Assembly (NCBI GenBank): GCA_963796705.1
Contig: CAWCMK010000007.1
Coordinates: 6,641 to 70,640 of the forward strand
Direction: 5' to 3'
Length of the DNA: 64,000 nt
From: an uncultured Solirubrobacterales bacterium
GTDB taxonomy: Bacteria > Actinomycetota > Thermoleophilia > Solirubrobacterales > 70-9
Each line of letters starts with the position of its first letter. Position 1 is the first letter of the stretch. Under the pieces are notes generated by a model. The model was not told the DNA's origin and did no database searches. It saw only the letters and a list, made by a program, of their open reading frames with translations. The position numbers were made by a program, and so were the translations under genes. This document shows positions 9,518 to 17,103 of the stretch, in pieces.

Positions 9518-9609
9518 CGAGTCACCTCACATCACGGCGCCGCCCAGGGAAGTGACGGGAGCCGATCTACGGGATCCCTGCTGTGCGATCTCGGAAAGTA
9601 CCGCACATT
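9486..9609 (-). ncRNA. Candidate small RNA (or leaderless micro-ORF transcript) driven by the orphan consensus promoter
   Basis: The predicted TSS at ~9609 is 7 nt downstream of the -10 TACAAT. The ~125-nt transcript runs to the 9486-9517 hairpin and contains a 5' stem UGUGCG...CGCACA. The longest reading frame is a 13-codon ATG ORF starting at 9608. This is purely predictive. Confidence 0.3.
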
Positions 9610-9615
9610 ACAAAA

Positions 9616-9644
9616 ATTGTAAGCTACAGTACTTCAGCTGTCAA
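9616..9644 (-). promoter_or_regulatory. Consensus sigma70/SigA-type promoter with no annotated gene behind it
   Basis: On the minus strand: TTGACA (9644-9639), 17-nt spacer, TACAAT (9621-9616). It sits in a local AT-rich island in a ~70% GC genome. The perfect palindrome TTACAA-AAA-TTGTAA (9608-9622) overlaps the -10 and the TSS. Confidence 0.55.
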
Positions 9645-9796
9645 GGGGAGCGGCCCCGCCAGTGTCGGCTTGATTGCAGCTAGGCTCGGTGGCGCACCTT
9701 GAAGGGCCGGAAAGTTACATGCGGCGAACGCCCGGTACCGGCGACGGTTTAGGTGGCTTCGAATCGCCGTTCGATCTTGCCCGGTGAGGCGCTCGA

Positions 9797-12553
9797 CTAA
9801 CCGCGCGAATGGCGCTTGTGGCGGGCGAGACGGTGCGCCTTCTTGCCGCCGCAGGAAGCCTTGAGTCGCGCGTGCTGCACCAGCGAGCTTCTGTTCTGGC
9901 CTTCGAAGCCGATTTCGATGTTCGGAACGCGGGCGCAGAGGTTCGTCGTGTTGGCGATGTAGCCGCGCGAGCCGCCATAGAGGTTGAAGACGAAACGTCC
10001 GATCGGCACGTCCGGGACCACCGGGACGACGGTCCGAAGCCCGTTCTTGGTCTCCTTCGATTCGGCTTCGGGGGTGACCATGACCTGACCGTTGAGGATG
10101 AACGCCAGGTGCGGCAGCCCGCCGTAGCCGGACACTGCGTAGGCCGGGCCTTTGAGCGGCTGTTCGAGCAGCGGAGTTTCGTCCTTCACCGCGCCGATCG
10201 CGGAGCGCCCTGCGCAGAGGTCCGAGGCGAGTTCCGCCTTCGAGCAGAGATTGCCGAGGTGTTTCTGGTCGACCTCGAACGCTCGGGGCAGGGTGACCCG
10301 CACCGACTTGATGTTCGCATCGCCCTGGTGGGTGTTCAATTCGAAGCGCAGCGCCGGATCGGCGGCTCGGCGGGTCTGCTTCTTCGAACCGTTGAGGCGT
10401 ACCGACATCTTCGGCCGGAAGGGGAGCGTCGCGCAGTCGTCGGCGTGGAAGTAGGAGGAGAATGTGGCCGCTGTTCCCTGGTCACCGACCCCTTCTGAAA
10501 CGACGCTCATCGGCGAGCAGTTGGTTGGGTTGATCATGAAGTTCGAGCGATCGATGTTCACCCTGATTTCACGCATACGGATCGGGATGCCGCCGATGAT
10601 CTCAGGCACCGTTTCCGAGTCGGCGATCACGTGCGCGTCATGCGGGTCGATTTTGAGCGCGACCCGGACCACGACGACGCCGTAGTCGTAAGGGCCCGCG
10701 AGCGCCGGCGTGATCACCGCCAGCGAGAGCGGGGCGCCTTTGAACGGTCCCGACATGTACATCTTGCCAACCGCGTGGAACGGGTGGCTGCCGGGGCCGG
10801 CGGCTACGTTGGAGGTGCCGATCTGGCTTGACGCCGGGCAGCTCGGATTCAGCTGCTCTTCGGTGCCGGACCTATTGGCCGCCTGAAGGATGGCCGCTTC
10901 CGGGCAGTAGGTGATCCCGTGCAGGTTGCCGGTCAGGCCGGGAGGCATGCTGAAGTTGAGCTTGCCCAGGTACTGGTCCCCGTCTTCGCGGTTGAGCTGG
11001 AGCGAGAAGGAGGAGAAGGCGCCGGCCAGGGAATTCGAGGTCCCCGCCGCAAGGGTCGGGTGGAAGGGTCGCACCGAGCCCGGACAGGCAAGACCGTGCG
11101 GGCCACTTTCCAAAACGAAGCCCTGGGTCGAGGTGGCGGTCGGGATGACGTGGTTCCAGGGCACGAACGTGGCCACGGTTTTGTAGTTCGTGCATTCGAT
11201 CGGGGTCGCCACCAGGCCGCGATCTGAGGAGAACAGGTGCACGTCGAAGGAGTCGAACGGGACCTGCGGCAATCCTTCGAAGTAAATGGTCAGCTGCCCG
11301 GTCTTCGGATCGGGTTTGGCCGAGCCGATCAGCTTCGCATGGAGCCCGAAGCCGTCGACGATTAGGAAGAGCCGGTATTGATCACCCGGCTCCGGTTCGC
11401 CGATGTAGATCGAGCCCTGGAGCGGCCCGGAGAGAGCCGGGGTGTGCAGCGCGACCGAGCCGATCTTGGCGCTGTCGGGGCATTCCGCCGGGGCCTCGCT
11501 GTGGAAGTGGGCGAGGGCGTCACTGCAGGCGCTCTGTCCGTCAGCCGCATCGGGGTTGATCGTCAATCCCGGTGGCAAGGTGACGATCGCGTCGTGGATC
11601 GTCGACGGAGAGACCGCGCGTCCGAGGAACTGAGCGTCCTTGAGGATAATGTCAAGGCCCGATGGCGAGTCGGTTTCATTGCTCGTCGGCCGCGAGTAGA
11701 GCAGCGGCTTGAAGAGCATCTTTTCGCAGCCTTCAACTTCGGGGTAGCTGCTGTGGGCTTCGGAAACGTTTTCGGGATCCTGATAGGTCTGGACCTTGAG
11801 CGTCGTCAGTTGTTCTTGCCCGTTGCACTCCGATGGGTTGTCGGTCAGCGGGTGCACGGGGGCACTCACCGGATTCGGCTTCGCGATGCAGCTCGCGTCC
11901 GCCAGGCCCACGCATCCGGACGGGCGGCCGCTGGCCCCCCTCGGGAAGCGCTGGCCTTCGTGGACGTTGTCCGTCGGGAATCCCCAGAAGGTCAGGTCGG
12001 CGCCGGCCAGGGGCGTCACCTGCGTGATCTCGGAAACCTTGAAGTTCAGTCCGTAGTCGCTTCCCGTCCGTACCGAGACCGGAATCTGGATCGGGATGTT
12101 CAACGTCGGGACTATAAAACCGAAGAGAGCCGTCTCAGCTTCGGAGGGTTCGAGGTCATAGATCGGCGCGGTTCCAAGGAGATAGTTCGAGTTGCCTTCG
12201 TAGCGGGCGCGGATCGTGATCAGCCCGGCCTGGGTCGTCGGCGGGCATTCCTCCTGGGCGAAGACGACCGAGGTGCACCGTTCAAGTGAGTTCGGATTGC
12301 CGAAGATGCCTTCGGGCGTTTCCACCGTGACATTCTCGGCCGCCTCCGGAATCCCCGGGCTTTCCAGGGCGAAGGAGGTGTGCAGATCGGGATGACCTCC
12401 GGCCTGGGTCGTCGAGGCTTCCGTCGTGAAAGATTCGATGCCCTCGGTCGCCTGCGCGGTTCCGGCACCGAGTAAGGCGGCGAGAAGCAAGGCCACGCCC
12501 AGGGTCAGCCCGAATGCGCGCAGCATGCCGGTGGTCGATTGTCCAGCGGTCAT
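9797..12553 (-). CDS. Giant secreted protein D (918 aa), paralogue of B, with four Cys-bracketed beta modules and a polybasic C-terminal tail
   Basis: Signal peptide MLRAFGLTLGVALLLAALLGAGTAQA. Conserved with B: TQAGGHPDL, DSPSGLDI, GQLTIYFEGLPQVPFDSF, KGAPLSLAVITPALAGPYDYG. The ATG at 12553 overlaps the stop of C (TGATG) and is preceded by GGGAGG. The protein ends ...KASCGGKKAHRLARHKRHSRG. Confidence 0.85.
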   Translation of the reverse strand: MTAGQSTTGMLRAFGLTLGVALLLAALLGAGTAQATEGIESFTTEASTTQAGGHPDLHTSFALESPGIPEAAENVTVETPEGIFGNPNSLERCTSVVFAQEECPPTTQAGLITIRARYEGNSNYLLGTAPIYDLEPSEAETALFGFIVPTLNIPIQIPVSVRTGSDYGLNFKVSEITQVTPLAGADLTFWGFPTDNVHEGQRFPRGASGRPSGCVGLADASCIAKPNPVSAPVHPLTDNPSECNGQEQLTTLKVQTYQDPENVSEAHSSYPEVEGCEKMLFKPLLYSRPTSNETDSPSGLDIILKDAQFLGRAVSPSTIHDAIVTLPPGLTINPDAADGQSACSDALAHFHSEAPAECPDSAKIGSVALHTPALSGPLQGSIYIGEPEPGDQYRLFLIVDGFGLHAKLIGSAKPDPKTGQLTIYFEGLPQVPFDSFDVHLFSSDRGLVATPIECTNYKTVATFVPWNHVIPTATSTQGFVLESGPHGLACPGSVRPFHPTLAAGTSNSLAGAFSSFSLQLNREDGDQYLGKLNFSMPPGLTGNLHGITYCPEAAILQAANRSGTEEQLNPSCPASSQIGTSNVAAGPGSHPFHAVGKMYMSGPFKGAPLSLAVITPALAGPYDYGVVVVRVALKIDPHDAHVIADSETVPEIIGGIPIRMREIRVNIDRSNFMINPTNCSPMSVVSEGVGDQGTAATFSSYFHADDCATLPFRPKMSVRLNGSKKQTRRAADPALRFELNTHQGDANIKSVRVTLPRAFEVDQKHLGNLCSKAELASDLCAGRSAIGAVKDETPLLEQPLKGPAYAVSGYGGLPHLAFILNGQVMVTPEAESKETKNGLRTVVPVVPDVPIGRFVFNLYGGSRGYIANTTNLCARVPNIEIGFEGQNRSSLVQHARLKASCGGKKAHRLARHKRHSRG

Positions 12554-15500
12554 CACTGTCCTCCCCCACTCCGGCCGTGCGAGCGCCTCTTGCCTTGTCG
12601 GTGCTTACGATGGTGCTTCCTGCGGTGGTGAGGCTTGACGCACTGCCCGTGACGCTTGACCTTGCCCTTGGGGCAGGTCTTGGTCGGTTCGTTCCCGGGG
12701 ACATGGTTGCCGCCGGTGCCGGTGATTGTGTTGACGTTCTGCGGGGCCGGCGTCGGGCTGCTGGCGCCGTGACACTCGTCCGAAGCTTTGCAACTGGGCG
12801 GCGGCGGCACATATGGGAAGCCGCCGTTTTCGCGGGCGTCATAGACCTTGACCAAGCTGCCGTTGATGTCCTGCGGCACCAGCGTGTCGCGGGTGAAGAA
12901 GTAGGCGTCGGTGCCGTCCGCAGTGGCGCTCAGCAGGCTCGTGTTGAAGGGGCTCACGCCGGTCGAGATCAGGCTCGTCTTGCCGTTCTCCCACTCGTAG
13001 ACGTCTTCGCGATTGTCGAGATCACTCGGCACCAGCGGATCGGTCGAGTTGAAGAACACCCGTCCGTCGTCGGTTAGGCTGAGTCCGTTGCGGGCGAGGG
13101 ACGCTTCGCCGGTCGATCGAGCGTTGGTCGGAGTGCACGAGACGCAGGCGAGCCCTTCGCCCGTAGCGTCGTAACGGAAGACCTCGGCGTGCCTGCCGTT
13201 GATGTACCCGGTCAGCGGGATGGTCGAGGTGAAGACCGCGTCGTCCCCGTTCGGGGTGATCTGGAAGTCGCCCGTGTGCCGAGTGCCGCTTTCGTTGACT
13301 GAGTCGACCACCAGCGGGCTATCGGTGCGGGGGTCGGGCGCCAGCACAAGCGGGCCGAAGCTCGCCACGTTCGCGCCTTCGGAGCCGGCGTTGGTCGCGT
13401 ACAAATTGCCGGCCGAGCTGACCGCAACCGACGTCGAGTTGCTGAGTACCTTTGCTCCGACATCCGGCCCGGGAGCCCTGCGGCCGTCGGCGTGGAAGCG
13501 CAGGATCTTGTTGCCCTCATCGACGTACACTTCGTGGCGAGTCGGATCGGCGAACATCTCGGTCGCGTTGGAGACTTCCCCCGCCCCGAATGTTTCCGTG
13601 GGGTTGCATTCCGAGTTGCACGTTGAGCCGTTGGGCAGAATCACGCGGCCGCTGCTGTCGAAGGCGAAGCGCGCGACTTCAACGCCACCGAAGCCGACGT
13701 AGAGCGTGCCCGTGGTCGGGTCGACCGCGACCCCTGTCTTCGGGGGAGATTCGTATTCCCAGGTCGAGATGATGGTCGAGCCTTTGCCCTTCTGCCAACG
13801 CTCGATGTATCCGTAATAGCCCTCGTAGTAGACCCGTCCCTGATTGTCGACTGCGATGCCGATCGGCTGAGGAGCGCCGTCGACGTAGTTCCCGGCAATG
13901 AACGTCCCGTCTTCTTCGTATTCGAAGACTCGGTTGGCCGAGTTGTTTTCCTGGTGAATCGCTATGTAGAGCACGCCATTTGGGCCCACCGCGATCCCGG
14001 CGAATTCGTGGCCGAGGTTGGGTTCGAATTCCCCGTTGTTCTGCCAGCTCGTGATCAGGTGGCCTTCGGCGTCGTACTTGCGGATTACCTGTTGGTTGCC
14101 ATCGGCCACGTAGACGTCGCCGTCTGAGGGCCCGCCGGAGTTATCGACCGCGACGAATTCCGGGTTTTCGGTCGCGCCGAAGGTGCCCTTGAATTGGTGT
14201 TCTTCCAGTGCCGGGTTGGGCCCGGTGGCGCCCGACTCCAGCGTCGAGACGAATTGTGGCGTCGCCGATCCCGGCTGGTGGAGATAGAGATTGGGCTGGT
14301 TGGCCTCGCCATCCTGAGGTTCGCTGCTGCCGTCGAGCAGTTCGGGGCTGAGGAAATAGATGCTGCCGTTTTGGGCGGCGACGCCGCCGCCGCCGCCGAC
14401 AGCGACGGCGTCGCAGTTGGCGGTTGCGGCCGTCGTGTTCCAGTGCTGGTTGACGGAGTTAGGAAGCGGGCTGCAGCTGTCTGAGTTGCCCGAACCGCCC
14501 GAGCCCTTGGAAACGAGGTGCAGGGTGGCCGAGGAGGCTCCGACCTGTGCTTCGTAGACGTCGGCCGAGTTGTCGCTGTCTTCGCCGTTGAGGCGGTCGG
14601 CGGTCGTGAAGTACACCGTGGACCCGTCTTCGGTCATCCCGTCGTAAAAGGCGCCGCTCGTCGTCCCCGGCGTCAGGTCGACGGTTTTCGACGAATCGCC
14701 GATGTTCATGTACAGGTGCCAGTAGCGGTTCCCCTTCGAGTCCTTGGAGATCAGCTGCCCGATCACGACCCGCGAGCCGTCGGCCGAGACGTCGAGCTCG
14801 GCGAGGCCGTCCGAGGTGCAGTCCATCAGGCATGGGATGCTGCCGCCGCCGGGCAGCTTCGAGATAGCGTGGGTCGATTTGGTGGCGAGGTCGCGGTCGT
14901 AGATTGCCGGGCTGCCGGCGCCGCTCTCGAATTCCGAGCTCGAGCCGAAGATCAGGTGCTTGCCGTTGGCCGAGACGGGCTTCTTGACGAGCATGGCCGC
15001 GGTGGCGCTGGGGCCCGCGTTCAGCGATCCGGCCATTCCCTGAACGAGTTCCCCGTTCGGGAGGGCGACCGGAACGCCGGTCGTACCGTCTGCGAAACAG
15101 GGTGAGCAGAGCCCGGAGCCGCCGAAGGCGAAGGTGTCCAGCGAGGCATCGGCCCCGGCCAGCGGCGAGGCGAACGATTCGGCCGAGTAGGGCAGGTTTG
15201 CCGGGATGCCGACGTAGGAGGTGCTCCAGCCGTCAGCACCTCGGGTGGCGACGTAGGGATCGAGGCCGTGGTTCGTCGGGTGTCCGCTGCCCGGGATCGC
15301 GCCGTCGTGAACCCCGTAGAGAACGCGGGTCGGGTCTTGCGCGTCGGGATAGCCACCGAACGGTTCCTGTTCGGCATTCAGATAGGACTCGACGTCATAT
15401 CCGCCGGCGTTCGCCGCGGAGACGAGCTCGTAGGCGCGGCAGTCGGCGAGCAGCGCGGCGCCGGTCTGCTGGCGGACGTGGGCGTTGGCGCACTTGTCTT

Positions 15501-17103
15501 CGAGGACCGGCGTGTAGGGGAACGTCGTGAAAGTCTCTTCGGTGGATTCGGAGGTTCCGCTCTGATTCGTCGCAACGATCACGTAGTGATAGGTCGTCCC
15601 GGCCTGTAGGCCGGTCGCTTTCGTTGTTTCCGCGATCGAGACAAGCCCGGCGCCGACCGAGGGGCTCTCCGGAGTTTCATCGCAGGTTTCCGGTTCCGTC
15701 GTGCAGTCGCCGGTCCCGTAGAGGACGTGGTAGGTCGTCGGCGCGCCTTCCGGTGTGATTTCGAAATGGAAGACGACGCTGTCGGAGTGGACGTCGGTGA
15801 TGTAAGGGTCTTCGACGACCGCCTGTTCGGAGGGAACGACTTCCTGCTCCTTGGTGCGAACGAATCCGTTGCTGTTAGCGACCTTCAGGCGGGTGTAATA
15901 GGTGCTCCCCTTGGTTAGGCCGGTGAGCGTGGCGCTGACCTTGGTCGGTGAGCTCCCGGAGATCGCCTGCCCCCCTTCGCATGGGGCTTCTTCTTCGAAG
16001 TAGATGTAGCCGTATTCGATCACGGTCCCGTATTCGAAGACGCATTCGCTCGTGGTAACGCCGTCGGGGTTGACCGAGGCATCGAGCTTCAAGGAGGTGC
16101 CCGTGATTTCCGACGGCGGTTCGTTCTGGACGTCGGGCAGGGTCACTTGGGTCTGCGGGGAGAAGATGGCAATTCTGTTTTCGTAGGCCAGGTAGTAGTA
16201 GCCGTTGACCCCGTTCATCGCGACCCAGCGCGGTTCCCCTTCATAGAGGAGGCCCGGCAGTTCGTTCCCGTGGGGATCGTATTCGACGCCTTCTTCGTAT
16301 CTGGCGGAGAACACGATCCCGGAGACAGGATCGACGTTGAAGACGTTCGAGAAACCCGCCGGCAGGCTTTCGATCACTTCACCGCTCAGGGTGAACTTCA
16401 TCAACCCGTGGCCTTCGAGCCCTCCCTGGTAGTCGATGAGTTCGTTGTTGGGCCCGGCCTGCAGTCGATAGGAGTAGCCGTACTGGCTCATGTCGACGAC
16501 GTTCCCGGTTTTCACGCCTTCCGGGTTGTATTCGTAGGCACGCTGCGAGAGAGGGGTGCCGGTCAGGAAGAAGTTCCCGGTGACCGGGCTGACCGCCATG
16601 TCGTCGGCGCCGTAGGGCAGCGGGAAGTTTCCGCCGACCGGCGCCCCGCTCGGTTCGAAGGCCCAGACATGGCTATCGATGAAGGAGTAGTCGAGGTAGA
16701 TGCGTCCCTGGTGCGGTCCGCCCGAGTTGTCCACGTCGAGCACCGGAGTCGCGCATCCGCAGGTGTCTTCGGGCGGGACTCCCATGTTGAGCACGTTGGT
16801 GCCATTGGCCGCCGGATCGGTGAACGGCAGGGGTTCGCCCTCCGAGTTGAATTTGAAGAGATTGAGGCCGCTCTGTGTCGTGACGGCGTAGACGTCTCCG
16901 GTCTGCTGGTCAACGGCGATGCTCGAGACTCCGCTCAAGGTGGTCGCCGCCGGCGAGCCGTTGAAATATTTTTCGAATTCGTGAGGCGTGTACTGGACCG
17001 CCTCCGCCGGGGCGGTTGTGCAGAGTGGCACGGCCGTCGCCAGGCAGGCGCCGATGATCGCCAGGCGGATGCGCCGCCCGAGCTTCACTTTCGAACCCGT
17101 CAT
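12553..17103 (-). CDS. Giant secreted protein C (1516 aa), paralogue of A: beta-propeller, Fn3-like, PD40/TolB-like repeats and an extra NHL-like propeller, with a polybasic C-terminal tail
   Basis: Signal peptide RIRLAIIGACLATAVPLCTTAPAEA. Fn3-like signatures (ECVFEYGTVIEYGY, TYHVLYGTG...TTYHYVIVATN). Junction motif CANAHVRQQ...LADCRAYELVS. NHL-like VYVADGNQQVIRKYDAEG. PD40-like DDGRVFFNSTDPLVPSDLDNREDVYEW. C-terminal CKASDECHG plus a K/R/H tail. The ATG at 17103 overlaps the stop of B (TGATG), with AGGAGG 8 nt upstream. Confidence 0.9.
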   Translation of the reverse strand: MTGSKVKLGRRIRLAIIGACLATAVPLCTTAPAEAVQYTPHEFEKYFNGSPAATTLSGVSSIAVDQQTGDVYAVTTQSGLNLFKFNSEGEPLPFTDPAANGTNVLNMGVPPEDTCGCATPVLDVDNSGGPHQGRIYLDYSFIDSHVWAFEPSGAPVGGNFPLPYGADDMAVSPVTGNFFLTGTPLSQRAYEYNPEGVKTGNVVDMSQYGYSYRLQAGPNNELIDYQGGLEGHGLMKFTLSGEVIESLPAGFSNVFNVDPVSGIVFSARYEEGVEYDPHGNELPGLLYEGEPRWVAMNGVNGYYYLAYENRIAIFSPQTQVTLPDVQNEPPSEITGTSLKLDASVNPDGVTTSECVFEYGTVIEYGYIYFEEEAPCEGGQAISGSSPTKVSATLTGLTKGSTYYTRLKVANSNGFVRTKEQEVVPSEQAVVEDPYITDVHSDSVVFHFEITPEGAPTTYHVLYGTGDCTTEPETCDETPESPSVGAGLVSIAETTKATGLQAGTTYHYVIVATNQSGTSESTEETFTTFPYTPVLEDKCANAHVRQQTGAALLADCRAYELVSAANAGGYDVESYLNAEQEPFGGYPDAQDPTRVLYGVHDGAIPGSGHPTNHGLDPYVATRGADGWSTSYVGIPANLPYSAESFASPLAGADASLDTFAFGGSGLCSPCFADGTTGVPVALPNGELVQGMAGSLNAGPSATAAMLVKKPVSANGKHLIFGSSSEFESGAGSPAIYDRDLATKSTHAISKLPGGGSIPCLMDCTSDGLAELDVSADGSRVVIGQLISKDSKGNRYWHLYMNIGDSSKTVDLTPGTTSGAFYDGMTEDGSTVYFTTADRLNGEDSDNSADVYEAQVGASSATLHLVSKGSGGSGNSDSCSPLPNSVNQHWNTTAATANCDAVAVGGGGGVAAQNGSIYFLSPELLDGSSEPQDGEANQPNLYLHQPGSATPQFVSTLESGATGPNPALEEHQFKGTFGATENPEFVAVDNSGGPSDGDVYVADGNQQVIRKYDAEGHLITSWQNNGEFEPNLGHEFAGIAVGPNGVLYIAIHQENNSANRVFEYEEDGTFIAGNYVDGAPQPIGIAVDNQGRVYYEGYYGYIERWQKGKGSTIISTWEYESPPKTGVAVDPTTGTLYVGFGGVEVARFAFDSSGRVILPNGSTCNSECNPTETFGAGEVSNATEMFADPTRHEVYVDEGNKILRFHADGRRAPGPDVGAKVLSNSTSVAVSSAGNLYATNAGSEGANVASFGPLVLAPDPRTDSPLVVDSVNESGTRHTGDFQITPNGDDAVFTSTIPLTGYINGRHAEVFRYDATGEGLACVSCTPTNARSTGEASLARNGLSLTDDGRVFFNSTDPLVPSDLDNREDVYEWENGKTSLISTGVSPFNTSLLSATADGTDAYFFTRDTLVPQDINGSLVKVYDARENGGFPYVPPPPSCKASDECHGASSPTPAPQNVNTITGTGGNHVPGNEPTKTCPKGKVKRHGQCVKPHHRRKHHRKHRQGKRRSHGRSGGGQ

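Noticed and set aside
9567-9608. 13-codon ORF (MCGTFRDRTAGIP) starting 1 nt after the predicted TSS of the orphan promoter, a possible leaderless micropeptide.
   Set aside because: It is too short to evaluate and has no conservation information. It is kept only as an alternative reading inside the sRNA finding.
9501-9683. 60-aa plus-strand ORF spanning the AT-rich patch and palindrome.
   Set aside because: It has poor codon usage, no start context and runs across the promoter-like element. It is more likely non-coding.
9725-9739. GCGAACGCCCGGTAC downstream of gene D shares the 9-mer GCCCGGTAC (and a CCGGTACCGG palindrome) with motif site 1 at the other end of the operon.
   Set aside because: The TGTCAAG half is absent. 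A single shared GC-rich 9-mer in 128 kb of two-strand sequence is close to chance expectation (~0.5 or more given the composition).
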